Below, in pieces: positions 10,616-21,022 of a stretch of DNA of 64,000 nt (the stretch's first letter is position 1; every line of letters begins with the position of its first letter). The translations under genes were made by a program, and so were the position numbers. Source of the stretch: a virus. The notes under the pieces are model-generated. The model saw only the letters and a program-made list of their open reading frames with translations, searched no databases and was not told the origin of the DNA. Location of the stretch: IMG/VR virus record IMGVR_UViG_3300013132_000023, positions 73,178 through 137,177 of that record; one strand, 5' to 3'.

Positions 10616-10899
10616 GACGTGTCGGCGGCAAAACTGCGGACATGCGGATGTTTAAATGTCCGCAGTGCAATAAACTACGCATGGTGCGTCCTTTTGATCA
10701 CGTAGTTAGTACGGAGACTCGCGAGTACAAATCGCGTGACGGTAATACTGTAACTCTATTGATTGATGTTTGTGATCACTGTAGGGCGAGTAATTACAGA
10801 AAGCATTTCGAGCATTCGCAAGCTGACGTAAGACGTATCATGAAAGCGATCAAAGATCAAAAACAACTTGAAGGCGAATCCTTAGAAGATCTTTTGTAA
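10612..10899 (+). CDS. Hypothetical Zn-finger protein
   Basis: CPQC and CDHC. Confidence 0.6.
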   Translation: MRRVGGKTADMRMFKCPQCNKLRMVRPFDHVVSTETREYKSRDGNTVTLLIDVCDHCRASNYRKHFEHSQADVRRIMKAIKDQKQLEGESLEDLL

Positions 10900-12128
10900 T
10901 GGCTCAACATAGCAACTATTGGTTCGGTACGTGTCCAACGAGACATCTAGTTACCGCAGGGCTGGTTCGTAACGTTGATGTTTTAATCATAGGTGGTGGT
11001 ATAGCTGGCGTAAGCGTACTCTATCAACTATTACAAGCTGGCATTACTAACGCATATCTTGTAGAAGATTCGACCATTGCCTTTCATGCGTCTGGTCGTA
11101 GCAGTGGTCAGCTAATGATGCGTGGAGCTAAGCTGTTCTCGCAAATGCTTAAGGAAGAAGGACTTGAGTACTTGCAGTTCATGCTAGACAACAATAAACG
11201 CTTTCTTAGTGGTTTGCGTAACGTATCTTTTGATACCGATCTTCGTGATACTGGTGGTTTGCGTTTAGCTGTGTCTGAAAAGGAATTCGACCTTTTAAAA
11301 GAAGAGGCCGATTTTTTGAACACGCACGCCAACATTAGTTGTCCTGTACTTACGTCAGATCAAATACAGGGTTTATTACCTAACACGAATTGTATCGGTG
11401 GTATCTATGTACCTATAGAAGCAACCTTTAATCCGTACAAGGTTGTAAACGGGATGCGTGAGTTTATTGAACGCAAAGGACCGAGAGTCCTTACAGATTG
11501 CCAAGTTACGAACGTCGTTCGAACTGACGATGATAGTTTCAGTGTTTCAATTCGACACAAAGGAACTATCAAGGCCAAGAAGATAGTGTATTGTACGAAC
11601 GCATATACACCAGAACTTGTACCAGAACTATCTCGGACCATGATTGGTTTTCGTGGACAGATGGTTGCAACAGATTTCATTCCCGAAGAATTGTTGCAAG
11701 CACTTCCTCAGTCTAGTGTCTCTTGTAATGACTGTAATGAGTATTGGCGTCTTCATAGCGGACGCTTACTTGTTGGCGGCATGAGACACGCTGTTCGCGG
11801 TAATCAGTTTAACATTCTAGAAGATGGCGAGGTCAGTCCTGCTGTTTATGACAGGTTGCGTGATTTTGTAAATCGCACGCTGCCTATTGTCAAAGACGTA
11901 AAGTTTACGCACACTTGGTCTGGTATCATGTGTGCTACGCCAGATCAAATGCCGCTTATTGGTGTGTTGCCAAATCGACCAGATGAATACATTTTTGGTG
12001 GTTTTAATGGATACGGTTTTGGGCACGCATTACAGGGCAGCGTCATTATCAAAGACTTTATCACCCAAGGTGAGTCTTCGTGTGCTGGCGTAAGTTTGTT
12101 TAATCCTGCTCGATTCACGGAGAATTAA
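10899..12128 (+). CDS. FAD-dependent oxidoreductase (DAO/PuuB-like)
   Basis: DVLIIGGGIAG, ASGRSSG, CTNAY, WSGIM..TPDQMPLIG, GFNGYG. Confidence 0.88.
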   Translation: MAQHSNYWFGTCPTRHLVTAGLVRNVDVLIIGGGIAGVSVLYQLLQAGITNAYLVEDSTIAFHASGRSSGQLMMRGAKLFSQMLKEEGLEYLQFMLDNNKRFLSGLRNVSFDTDLRDTGGLRLAVSEKEFDLLKEEADFLNTHANISCPVLTSDQIQGLLPNTNCIGGIYVPIEATFNPYKVVNGMREFIERKGPRVLTDCQVTNVVRTDDDSFSVSIRHKGTIKAKKIVYCTNAYTPELVPELSRTMIGFRGQMVATDFIPEELLQALPQSSVSCNDCNEYWRLHSGRLLVGGMRHAVRGNQFNILEDGEVSPAVYDRLRDFVNRTLPIVKDVKFTHTWSGIMCATPDQMPLIGVLPNRPDEYIFGGFNGYGFGHALQGSVIIKDFITQGESSCAGVSLFNPARFTEN

Positions 12129-12133
12129 TAGAT

Positions 12134-14086
12134 ATGTTTGAAATTGCAACACCTTCGTTTCATTTGCCTGAGTCTTTCATTACTGCGTACAAGGGAAAGC
12201 AACCTGATTGGGGGCCTCTTGGTTACTTTACTTTTAAGCGTACTTACGCTAGAGTAATAGAGCATGAAAATAGAACGGAAGAATATTGGGAAACGGTACG
12301 TCGCGTTGTAGAGGGTACTTTTTCTATTCAGAAGAATCATTGTAAGCGTAATCATTTGCCTTGGGATGAACGCAAGGCTCAGCGTACAGCTAAGCGTATG
12401 TTTGAATTGATGTGGGACTTCCGGTTCCTTCCGCCTGGACGTGGTTTGTGGGCGATGGGAACTAAGTATGTACAAGAACGTGGTGGAGCTTGTCTCAATA
12501 ACTGTGCTTTCGTTAGTACGATTGATATTGATAAGAATGCCGCCAAGCCTTTCTTGTTCTTGATGGACATGAGTATGGTTGGTGTTGGGGTAGGCTTCGA
12601 CACAGCGGGTGCTAATAAGTGCGAAGTTTTGACACCTAATGGTACTGTTGAAGTAGTAGTTGAAGATAGTCGCGAAGGATGGGTTGATGCTCTTCGTGTA
12701 TTACTAGAAGCATTTACTAAGGGCGGTCCATTGCCGTCTTATGACACGAGCCTCGTGCGTAAAGCAGGAAAACCTATTGCTGGTTTTGGTGGAACCGCTA
12801 GTGGTCCTGAGCCATTGATTGAAATGCTCAATGACATTCGAGCAATTCTTGAGGCTAGAATTGGCGAGTTCTTAAACTCTGCTGATATCGTAGACATTGG
12901 CAATTTGATTGGTCGTTGTGTTGTTGCCGGTAATGTAAGACGCTCTGCTGAAATTGTTTTCGGCGACCCCAATGACGAAGTGTTTTCGCTTTTGAAGCAA
13001 GACAAAGAAAAGCTCATGCATCATCGCTGGGCTTCAAACAACAGTATTTTTGCACAAGTTGGCATGGATTACGAATGGCACGCTCAGCAAACTGCTGTCA
13101 ATGGCGAGCCGGGTTACATGTGGCTTGACAATGCTCGTGCCTTTGGTCGTATGAAAGATCCTGCTGACTGGAAAGACAAGGATGCCGTTGGTGGAAACCC
13201 ATGTTTAGAACAGACATTACATAACTATGAATTGTGTACATTGGTTGAAACCTTCCCTTCTAGACACGCTAATCTTGATGAGTATCTTGAAACTCTAAAG
13301 ATCGCTTATTTGTATGCGAAGACCGTAACTCTTGTGCCCACTCACTGGTCAGAAACAAACTCAGTGATGGCACGCAATCGCCGCATTGGCTTGAGTCAGT
13401 CTGGCATCATTAAGGCTTTCGGTCGCCACGGTCGTCGTGAGATTTTGCATTGGTGTGATCGTGGTTACGAATTCATCAATGGTCTTGATGTTCAGTATTC
13501 AAATTGGATGGGTATTCCTCGTTCAATCAAGAAGACTTCCGTGAAGCCGAGCGGTACTATTAGCTTGTTGCCGGGTGAGCCTCCGGGTATTCATTATCCG
13601 CACTCTGAATACTACATTCGTCGTATTCGCGTAGGCGTGCATTCTGTTTTGTGGCGTCTTGCCGAACAGGCTGGGTATCATGTTGAACCAGCCGTTGGTC
13701 AAGAAGATAGTACGATGGTTGTATCCTTCCCTATTAAAGAAGAATTCTTCGTACGTTCTAAAGACGACGTTTCAATTTGGGAGCAAGTTGCTAATGCTGT
13801 TGCTTATCAGCGTTTTTGGGCCGACAATCAAGTATCGATTACGGTTACATTCTCGCCGTCTGAAAAAGCAGACATCAAGCACACGTTAGAGCTTTACGAA
13901 GACGCTCTCAAGGGCATTTCTTTCTTGCCGATTGAAGAGCATGGATATGTTCAAGCACCGTACGAAACGATTACGGCTGAACAGTATCTAGATATGACAA
14001 GAAACCTTAAACCGATTGATATGAACGCTTCGCTAGAAAAGGCGGCGGCTCCTAAGGGTTGCGACGGAGAAACTTGCGTAATTTGA
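12134..14086 (+). CDS. nrdJ: Class II (B12-dependent) ribonucleotide reductase
   Basis: PPGRGLW, LNNCAF, VAGNVRRSAEI, NPCLEQ, ELCTLVE, KPSGT.S, C-terminal CDGETC. Confidence 0.95.
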   Translation: MFEIATPSFHLPESFITAYKGKQPDWGPLGYFTFKRTYARVIEHENRTEEYWETVRRVVEGTFSIQKNHCKRNHLPWDERKAQRTAKRMFELMWDFRFLPPGRGLWAMGTKYVQERGGACLNNCAFVSTIDIDKNAAKPFLFLMDMSMVGVGVGFDTAGANKCEVLTPNGTVEVVVEDSREGWVDALRVLLEAFTKGGPLPSYDTSLVRKAGKPIAGFGGTASGPEPLIEMLNDIRAILEARIGEFLNSADIVDIGNLIGRCVVAGNVRRSAEIVFGDPNDEVFSLLKQDKEKLMHHRWASNNSIFAQVGMDYEWHAQQTAVNGEPGYMWLDNARAFGRMKDPADWKDKDAVGGNPCLEQTLHNYELCTLVETFPSRHANLDEYLETLKIAYLYAKTVTLVPTHWSETNSVMARNRRIGLSQSGIIKAFGRHGRREILHWCDRGYEFINGLDVQYSNWMGIPRSIKKTSVKPSGTISLLPGEPPGIHYPHSEYYIRRIRVGVHSVLWRLAEQAGYHVEPAVGQEDSTMVVSFPIKEEFFVRSKDDVSIWEQVANAVAYQRFWADNQVSITVTFSPSEKADIKHTLELYEDALKGISFLPIEEHGYVQAPYETITAEQYLDMTRNLKPIDMNASLEKAAAPKGCDGETCVI

Positions 14087-14115
14087 TTGACAGTTGTATA
14101 CCAACTGCGTATAAT
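14087..14115 (+). promoter_or_regulatory. Consensus sigma70-type promoter with palindrome in spacer
   Basis: TTGACA-17-TATAAT; CAGTTG-tatac-CAACTG overlaps the spacer. Confidence 0.8.
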
Positions 14116-14124
14116 TAAGCTACT

Positions 14125-14448
14125 ATGAGTCAACCTACGCCTCGTGAGAAGTTTGTACTTACCTTTCCCCATGATGAGAAGGGTCAAGAAATTCAATTCC
14201 GTTTCATGCTAACTCTTAGCAAGAAACTTAGTGTCAAGATTGGTGAAGAAACCATTCAGGAACGTCTTGTTAGAGCCCTTGGTACCTTGGATGGTATTGA
14301 TGGCATGGCTTTTGGTGCCGGTCGATATACTGTTGAAGTAACCGTTGCTCGTACCTTTGACGCACAAGAAGTCTTGACGGAGTTAAAGGCTCGTCTTGAA
14401 AATGATGTTTTAAGTGAAATTATTCGTCCACCCGTCTTAATGTCTTGA
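14125..14448 (+). CDS. Hypothetical protein
   Basis: 107-aa ORF directly after promoter. Confidence 0.7.
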   Translation: MSQPTPREKFVLTFPHDEKGQEIQFRFMLTLSKKLSVKIGEETIQERLVRALGTLDGIDGMAFGAGRYTVEVTVARTFDAQEVLTELKARLENDVLSEIIRPPVLMS

Positions 14449-14469
14449 TTGTTCTTCTAGGAATACAAC

Positions 14470-16011
14470 ATGTTTTTAGCACTGCTTCTTTGTTTAACGC
14501 AAAATTGGTATGATCCGGGGACTCCCGCTACTGATGCTCGTACTATCTACGTAAGCTCTAGCACTGGTAATGATAGTAATACCGGGTTAGATTCTCAAAA
14601 TCCACGTCGTACGATTCAGTCTGCCAAGGGGCTGATGCGTCACACGTTTCCAGACCGAATGCTATTGAAGCGTGGTGATACGTTCAACGAATCATTTGGA
14701 CAGTGGAAGACTAGTGGTCGTTCTAGTACAGAACGTCAGATAATTGGTGCATACGGTCAGGGGGCAAGACCTAGACTTCTTACTGGAAACGTCACTGGCA
14801 TTTTTACATTAAATGCAGGCGATACGCCTCCTTCTGTTGATAATGTTGCGATTCTTGATTTAGAATTCTATCCTCAGACTTATACTGGCAATGAAGCTAT
14901 TGCTGGTGTTAGCTTTTTGTGGAAATCAGAGAATTGGCTCATTGAAGGATGTTTTATCAGTGGGTATCAAGTTGGTGTTGTGGTTGAAAGCTTTGGTGGA
15001 CCAAAGAAGAATATTGCTATTCGAAACAATGTCATTGTTGATTGTTATTCTTTAGTTGGCAGTGTTGGTCATGGTATTTATGCCAGTGGTGGAGATAACC
15101 TTTTAATCGAAGGTAACATCATTGACAAAAATGGATGGAATGAAAGCGTGCCAGGAGCGGTGCCTACTGTTTTTAGGCACGGTGCGTATCTACATCCAGA
15201 CATGCCACGCAACGCTATTGTGCGTGGCAATATCATTTCGCGTTCTTCTTCCCACGGGTTAACTCTTCGTGCTGGCGGTACTGTATCTGACAATTTGTTT
15301 ATTCAAAACTCTATAAACGTCTTGTTGGGTGGAGGAAGTCCTCAATATGCGGTTGGCGGTATTGAGTTTCGTTTTACTAACAATGTTGTCTTTGATGCAA
15401 AAAACATTGACGTTAATAACCCTCGTGGTTGGGCGATAGATGTAAACAATACAAGGTCTGGTTTGATCAAGGGGAACATATTCTGCCATAACAGAAATGG
15501 CACTTTCCCATCGTCATTTGGATTTGATGGAGCACTTGGTGTTGGTATACGTAATGTACGTATTCATGATAATATCTGGTACAATTGGAATGGTAGAGGT
15601 TCTTTTACTGGCGTAGGTTCACAATTACGCAATATCAGTTTCGTGCGTAACGTGATTCATATGTCTATTGATGCTCCGGTATTTAGTCAGGCTAATTTGG
15701 CTGCCATAGCTTATGAACGTAATACGTTCTATTCACAGAATCCACAGAATTTCATTACTGTTCCAAACATTGGTACACTTAGTTTTACACAGTGGCAGCA
15801 AGTCTGTGGTGACACGGAATCAGTCTTTGAAGTTTATCCATTTGTCGATCCCACTAGAGACATTCAGCGATATGATATCGTGAATGGTGGGATTGGGACT
15901 CTCGATAGCTTTTTCCAGACCGCTAGAACCCAAAGCAAAGAACTGTGGAATCCTGCCTATACAGCACTAGCAGCTAACGCCTGGATGCGTCAAGGATTTA
16001 TGCAAAAGTAA
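14470..16011 (+). CDS. Secreted right-handed parallel beta-helix protein
   Basis: Hydrophobic N-terminus, YVSSSTGNDSN.G, LLKRGDTF, repeated IxxN PbH1 strands. Confidence 0.8.
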   Translation: MFLALLLCLTQNWYDPGTPATDARTIYVSSSTGNDSNTGLDSQNPRRTIQSAKGLMRHTFPDRMLLKRGDTFNESFGQWKTSGRSSTERQIIGAYGQGARPRLLTGNVTGIFTLNAGDTPPSVDNVAILDLEFYPQTYTGNEAIAGVSFLWKSENWLIEGCFISGYQVGVVVESFGGPKKNIAIRNNVIVDCYSLVGSVGHGIYASGGDNLLIEGNIIDKNGWNESVPGAVPTVFRHGAYLHPDMPRNAIVRGNIISRSSSHGLTLRAGGTVSDNLFIQNSINVLLGGGSPQYAVGGIEFRFTNNVVFDAKNIDVNNPRGWAIDVNNTRSGLIKGNIFCHNRNGTFPSSFGFDGALGVGIRNVRIHDNIWYNWNGRGSFTGVGSQLRNISFVRNVIHMSIDAPVFSQANLAAIAYERNTFYSQNPQNFITVPNIGTLSFTQWQQVCGDTESVFEVYPFVDPTRDIQRYDIVNGGIGTLDSFFQTARTQSKELWNPAYTALAANAWMRQGFMQK

Positions 16012-16012
16012 C

Positions 16013-16702
16013 ATGGAAAAAGGACACACAATTCCGATCCTTGGTCAAGGGTACGTTCGGTACATTGACCATCTTGGCAACGACCAACGGATCGTTGAGA
16101 CGGCCCGCATTTCATACGGGAGTTCGTCTAAAGGAGCAGAAGCCGACAAGAAACTCTTGTTCTACCTTTTCAAGCACAGACACACTAGTCCGTTTGAAGC
16201 GTGCAATATTACATTCAATATCAAGATGCCTATCTTTTGCATGAGACAGTTTGTGCGTCACCGCACCTTCCGTCTCAATGAATGGAGCGGACGATATAGT
16301 GAACTAGGGGATGAATTCTACATGCCCGAAGCGTGGAGAATACAAGACACGAAGAACAAGCAAGGTTCGTTGTCTTTTGATGATCCTGTGTGGCATGCGG
16401 GTAACGAACTATTGGCTCGTGAAGCTTTTGAGTCCACATATAGAATCTACCAAGAACTGCTTAAACGTGGAGTTGCTAAGGAACTAGCCCGTATCGTGTT
16501 GCCGGTTTCGCTCTTTACGGAGATCTATATTAATACGGACGTTCACAACCTGATTCACTTCTTGAATCTACGCCAAGATCCGCACGCTCAGCTTGAAATG
16601 CGTGAGATTGCTAATGCTATGGCAGTGGTTGGCGAGCAGTTGTTCCCGTGGACATTTGAAGCCCGTCAACGCTTTAAGTTTCGTGTAGAAGAGCAGTCGT
16701 AA
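16013..16702 (+). CDS. thyX: FAD-dependent thymidylate synthase
   Basis: HTSPFE, RQFVRHRT...NEWSGRY, KELARIVLP, HAQLEMR. Confidence 0.96.
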   Translation: MEKGHTIPILGQGYVRYIDHLGNDQRIVETARISYGSSSKGAEADKKLLFYLFKHRHTSPFEACNITFNIKMPIFCMRQFVRHRTFRLNEWSGRYSELGDEFYMPEAWRIQDTKNKQGSLSFDDPVWHAGNELLAREAFESTYRIYQELLKRGVAKELARIVLPVSLFTEIYINTDVHNLIHFLNLRQDPHAQLEMREIANAMAVVGEQLFPWTFEARQRFKFRVEEQS

Positions 16703-16724
16703 AGACAGGCTATTGCACACAAAT

Positions 16725-16761
16725 CACTAGGAGGGCATCCCTTGAGGGTGCCCTCCTAGTG
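16725..16761 (+). terminator. Long GC-rich hairpin after thyX
   Basis: CACTAGGAGGGCATCC...GGGTGCCCTCCTAGTG inverted repeat; weak U-tract. Confidence 0.65.
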
Positions 16762-16824
16762 TATTATTGAGACGTAGGGGCGTTGCCCTTGTTATGTTTT
16801 AAGTCTCTATTTGGAGGTAAGGCT

Positions 16825-17271
16825 ATGGCTGGAGTTTTGGTTGCATCGCAGGTAGGGTCGGGTACTATACCGTTTACGTACGGCATTTTGTCGTCTGGTC
16901 AACGTGGTAATGAGCCTCTTGGTGGAGGTATTCGTACCGGCAATCAGGTTATGATTGGCAACCCAGAAGACATGGTTGCTGTCGATGCTTTTGCTGCATC
17001 TGGTATCGTGATTGGTACTAACCCGGTAGAAATTCTTGGTCCTCAAAACAATCCGTTGCCGCGTTCTCGCATGGTTCTGATCGAGAACACTGGTACTGTT
17101 GACGCTTACATTAGTCATAGACTTAACTTTACAACCCTTGATGCCTTTGAACTTTCACCAGAAGGCACGGCGGGACGTGATAGCCGCATTCAACTGCCGC
17201 TTTTACGCAATGTATCTGTTTACGCTAAGACGGCCAGTGGCAGTACAACGATTCGTCTATTGATTGTTTAA
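16825..17271 (+). CDS. Putative virion structural protein
   Basis: GGAGG RBS; beta-rich; similar to 17499-17936 (NPED, I.GT.P, NPL). Confidence 0.6.
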   Translation: MAGVLVASQVGSGTIPFTYGILSSGQRGNEPLGGGIRTGNQVMIGNPEDMVAVDAFAASGIVIGTNPVEILGPQNNPLPRSRMVLIENTGTVDAYISHRLNFTTLDAFELSPEGTAGRDSRIQLPLLRNVSVYAKTASGSTTIRLLIV

Positions 17272-17299
17272 TCGCGGGTCTCCGTGAGGATGGCTCGCC

Positions 17300-17506
17300 A
17301 TGCAATACAATACCAAAACATGCCAGCGTTGTCAGGTTGTCTTTGAGCCAAATAGCGGCTTTCAGAAGTTCTGTCACGAATGCAAGATCGGAAACCACAA
17401 AGAGTGGTTTCAAAAACGGGATCGTGAACGTTTTTTGAACAACTGTAACTGTGGTCGTGCTATGAATGGTGGTATCTGTCCTCATAAGGAGACCATCAGT
17501 GAATAA
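17300..17506 (+). CDS. Small Cys-rich protein
   Basis: CQRC, CHEC, CNC..CPH; GAGG RBS. Confidence 0.55.
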   Translation: MQYNTKTCQRCQVVFEPNSGFQKFCHECKIGNHKEWFQKRDRERFLNNCNCGRAMNGGICPHKETISE

Positions 17507-17936
17507 GCAGTATTTTACAACCATTGGTTCGGGTTGTACACCACACCTTGCTCACGGGCCAGCACACGCCTTACCGCAGGGGGCGTATCCCGGTGCCCAC
17601 AGTAAGAGCGAGTTACGTACTCGTCCTGGTGATGGCGTTGTTATGCTCAATCCGGAGGATTTTTCTATTTCCATCGGATTGCGTTCTTCTGCCGTTATAG
17701 TTGGAACATCCCCTACACCATTACCAAGTAATCCGCTAGAATATCGTCGTGCTCTTGTTGTACACAACAATGGCGTTAGCACGATCTTTATAGGTGATAG
17801 CTCCGTAAGCACTGCTACTGGTCTTCCATTAGCCGCAGGCGAAAAGATTGCATTCGATATTCAGAACAATCCAAACGTTGTGGTCTATGGTGTGGCCGGT
17901 ACTAATACCGATGTTCGCATCATGGAGCTAGCATGA
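17499..17936 (+). CDS. Putative virion structural protein
   Basis: Paralog of 16825-17271; RRALVVHNNG..TIFIG...V....G.PL..GE. Confidence 0.6.
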   Translation: MNKQYFTTIGSGCTPHLAHGPAHALPQGAYPGAHSKSELRTRPGDGVVMLNPEDFSISIGLRSSAVIVGTSPTPLPSNPLEYRRALVVHNNGVSTIFIGDSSVSTATGLPLAAGEKIAFDIQNNPNVVVYGVAGTNTDVRIMELA

Positions 17937-19033
17937 GTCTCGGTATTGGTGGCATTGTATCTCTTGGTGGTGGGACTGGTGGCAGTGGAGGCGGATCTGG
18001 CTCTGGTATTCAGTCTGTAAACAGTCAGATTGGACCCGCGATTGCCATTACTGGCGTAAACGGCATTAACGTTACCGCTAGTGCAAACGTAATCACGATT
18101 GATGGTGCTGGTGCTTCTGGTACGGTTGGATCTGCTTCGTCACAATCTGGCGTTATTGGCGTTAATGGAATTACTGTTGATCAGATTGGCGGTAATTTTG
18201 TTGTCAATGGTGCCGCATTATCTGGTTTGATTAGTGGTGGGGTTGTCAGTCTTGTTGCATCTTATTCTGCTACGTTTACAAACGTTACAAGCGGCATCTT
18301 CGATCACAATCTTGGAACCCACGAAACGATTGTACAAGTATATGACGATTCGCTGCCGCCAAGAGTAATTTTTCCAGATGAAGTCATCTCTGAAAACCTA
18401 AATCAGATTGGCGTCATCTTTAACAGACCACAAACTGGTCGCGTAGTCATTCATGCTCCATCTGGCATATCTCTATCGTCGGGCGGCGGTTCTTCTGTTT
18501 CATTAGTTGGTGTTAGTGGTGTCCGTGTCATTCCTAGTGGTGCTAATTCTTTCATCATTAGTGGCGAAAACATTTCGGTAACTTCGTCGTCGTCTCCATC
18601 GAACACCAACTGCTATTCGCAAGATTTTACTAACGTTTCAAGCGTTACTGGAATTCACAATTTTGGTACGCTTAATGTACTGACACAAGTTTTTGACACC
18701 AATGGACGCGTATTGCTACCAGACAGTATTCACGTTTCTGATATTAATACTGTTGTCGTTAGCTTTAATACAAGTCGTAGTGGAAAGGTTGTTGTACACG
18801 GCTGTTCGGCACCGTCCTCTTCTGGAGTCAGCAAGTTCTCGCAATCGTTTACAAGCGTTTCAAGTATAAACGTTTCGCACTTCATGAGTACTCAAGATGT
18901 AATTGTACAGGTTAGAGATAACAATTCGCCTCCTGGCGTGATTTTGCCAGATTCTATCCTTGTATTAGACATAAATACAGTGAACGTGCGATTCAACTCA
19001 ATTCGCAGTGGTCGTATAACTATCATGGGTTAG
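17933..19033 (+). CDS. Ser/Gly-rich fibre-like protein with three HNLGT-type domains
   Basis: Three copies of H(N/F)xxT..xxVQVxD...xPD.x.....N.V.V.FN...(S/T)G. Confidence 0.65.
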   Translation: MSLGIGGIVSLGGGTGGSGGGSGSGIQSVNSQIGPAIAITGVNGINVTASANVITIDGAGASGTVGSASSQSGVIGVNGITVDQIGGNFVVNGAALSGLISGGVVSLVASYSATFTNVTSGIFDHNLGTHETIVQVYDDSLPPRVIFPDEVISENLNQIGVIFNRPQTGRVVIHAPSGISLSSGGGSSVSLVGVSGVRVIPSGANSFIISGENISVTSSSSPSNTNCYSQDFTNVSSVTGIHNFGTLNVLTQVFDTNGRVLLPDSIHVSDINTVVVSFNTSRSGKVVVHGCSAPSSSGVSKFSQSFTSVSSINVSHFMSTQDVIVQVRDNNSPPGVILPDSILVLDINTVNVRFNSIRSGRITIMG

Positions 19034-19077
19034 TTAGTGTACTTAACTATAACCCCTAGCTTTACAGGAGTTGCACA

Positions 19078-19836
19078 ATGTTTATTGACGGAGATTTAAT
19101 CCCTTCTACGTCTGGTCAGGCTCATCTTGGTGTTGACGGCACTGGTGCGTCTGCCTTTAGTGCTTCAAGTATTAGTCCTTTTGGACGCGTTCACATGCTC
19201 AGTGGCGTGTGGCACGATCCGCTGTATGGACAATCTGGTGTTATGAGATTCAGTCAACAGGCTGGTGCTTTCCAGGTGTCTGTTGACGGCGGCCTAACGT
19301 TTGCTAACATTTCTGCTGGTGGCGGTGTTTCGTCTATTGGTCAGCTTGGTGGAGCTAATCTTACTGGTAACGTTGATCTTGCTTCAAATGCAAGTGGCTT
19401 TATTGCCATTACCGATACAGGTGGATCGTCTCCTATCTTGTTTGCAGTCGATCATCTTGGGCTTTCAGGTCTTTGGAGATTCCCGGCACAAGGATTCAAT
19501 AATAGTATTGTCAACGCCATCTCTGACTTCAATGGCACACAATCGCAGGGCGTGATCAGTATTGTTGGTGCTTCGGGTATCGTCGCCGACTTGATTGGTA
19601 ACACGCTTACCATTACTCCTGGTAACACGCTTGGTCGTGCTGTCACGCAAACCTTTTCTAGCGTGAATACGGTAACCGTTGTTCATAACTTTTCAACTGA
19701 AAACACAATTGTGCAGGTAAGAGACGGAAATGAACGCGTGATTATTCCAGATTCAATTGATGCTTCTAACACAAACCAAGTTGTTGTTAACTTTAATACA
19801 ACTAGAAGCGGAAGAGTAACTGTAATAGGATTCTAA
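19078..19836 (+). CDS. Fibre/decoration-like protein, paralog family
   Basis: GDLxP..SG..HLGV N-domain plus HNFST C-domain; near-duplicate of 21023-21805. Confidence 0.65.
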   Translation: MFIDGDLIPSTSGQAHLGVDGTGASAFSASSISPFGRVHMLSGVWHDPLYGQSGVMRFSQQAGAFQVSVDGGLTFANISAGGGVSSIGQLGGANLTGNVDLASNASGFIAITDTGGSSPILFAVDHLGLSGLWRFPAQGFNNSIVNAISDFNGTQSQGVISIVGASGIVADLIGNTLTITPGNTLGRAVTQTFSSVNTVTVVHNFSTENTIVQVRDGNERVIIPDSIDASNTNQVVVNFNTTRSGRVTVIGF

Positions 19837-19837
19837 T

Positions 19838-21019
19838 ATGGGATTAATTGATGGCGATATCGTTCCGTCAGCAAGCGGAACGTCTCATCTTGGTGTTGAA
19901 GCCAGAGGGGCATCAAACTTTAGTATTGATAGTTTGGCCCCTTTTGGCCACATTCATCAATTGAGTGGTGTGTTCCATAATGAGAATGGAACATCTGGCG
20001 TTATTCGTTTTGGCATTTCTGCGTTTGAATTTTCTACAGACGGCGGCATAACGTTTTCTTCGCCTGCCGCCGTAGGCGGCGACAACCGTGACGTGTTATT
20101 CAATAACAATGGAGCTATTGCTGGCGATTCTCTCGGGCTTACGTTTGACGCAACACCCAATATATTGGGCGTTAGTGGAGCAATTCAAGTTGCTAAAACT
20201 GATCTAGTTAGAGAAAACTTTACTTCCCCCGGTTCTGGTATTGTAGAACTTCGAGCTATTAACCTAGCCGAACGTCCCATGTTCGGTGCTAGTACGTCTG
20301 GTCAACAACTCCCATACTTTTTCCAGCCGTCTTTGTTTAGTAGATTTATATTTATGGCGTACACTTCTAATTCCACGACCATTTCTTCATATGGTAATTC
20401 TCTTACTAGCAACGGAACCGTTTCTCATCCTGCCGCAACTTCTGCTTCTGGTTTTATGGTAAATATTGTTTCTGCCGCGACCGCTAACTCGACTGCTTCT
20501 ACAGGTAGCAACACTACGCAATTTGTTCGTGGTGCTTCTTCTGGAATGAATACTGGATTCTTCTATGCAACACGTATAACTCTACCTGATGCCAATCTTG
20601 ATGCAGGTAGAGTTTTTGTTGGATTAGTGAATGGTACTATGGTCTCTTCTGTTGCAGCAGATGACCCAGGTAACAATCACTGTGGATTTAGTTTTTCTAC
20701 AATTCAAGCAAATCCAAAAAATTGGTTCTTTTCTACTAGAGATACTACAGCTAGATCAACCCAGGACACTGGTATTTCGTGCTCTGGCAATAGAATTTGG
20801 GACATGTATTTGTACTGCCCACCGGCACCAAACAACGAAGTAATTTACTGGACTCTTCGTGATGTTTCATGGAACAGATTGTCAAATGGGTATGCTATTA
20901 ATAGACTACCTAATAAAGGATCTCTAATGAGAGCCGGAGTTGCTTTAAACAACATTACGGCAAGTGCTCGTAACATACGTTTCACGCACATTTATTGTGA
21001 ATCCATTCCTTCATTTTAA
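19838..21019 (+). CDS. Fibre-like protein with shared N-domain and distinct C-domain
   Basis: GDIVPSASGTSHLGV...PFGHIH..SGVFH...FSTDGGITF. Confidence 0.65.
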   Translation: MGLIDGDIVPSASGTSHLGVEARGASNFSIDSLAPFGHIHQLSGVFHNENGTSGVIRFGISAFEFSTDGGITFSSPAAVGGDNRDVLFNNNGAIAGDSLGLTFDATPNILGVSGAIQVAKTDLVRENFTSPGSGIVELRAINLAERPMFGASTSGQQLPYFFQPSLFSRFIFMAYTSNSTTISSYGNSLTSNGTVSHPAATSASGFMVNIVSAATANSTASTGSNTTQFVRGASSGMNTGFFYATRITLPDANLDAGRVFVGLVNGTMVSSVAADDPGNNHCGFSFSTIQANPKNWFFSTRDTTARSTQDTGISCSGNRIWDMYLYCPPAPNNEVIYWTLRDVSWNRLSNGYAINRLPNKGSLMRAGVALNNITASARNIRFTHIYCESIPSF

Positions 21020-21022
21020 TAC

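Noticed and set aside
12134-14086. Intein or intron in nrdJ
   Set aside because: 650 aa is normal for monomeric class II RNR; no splice motifs.
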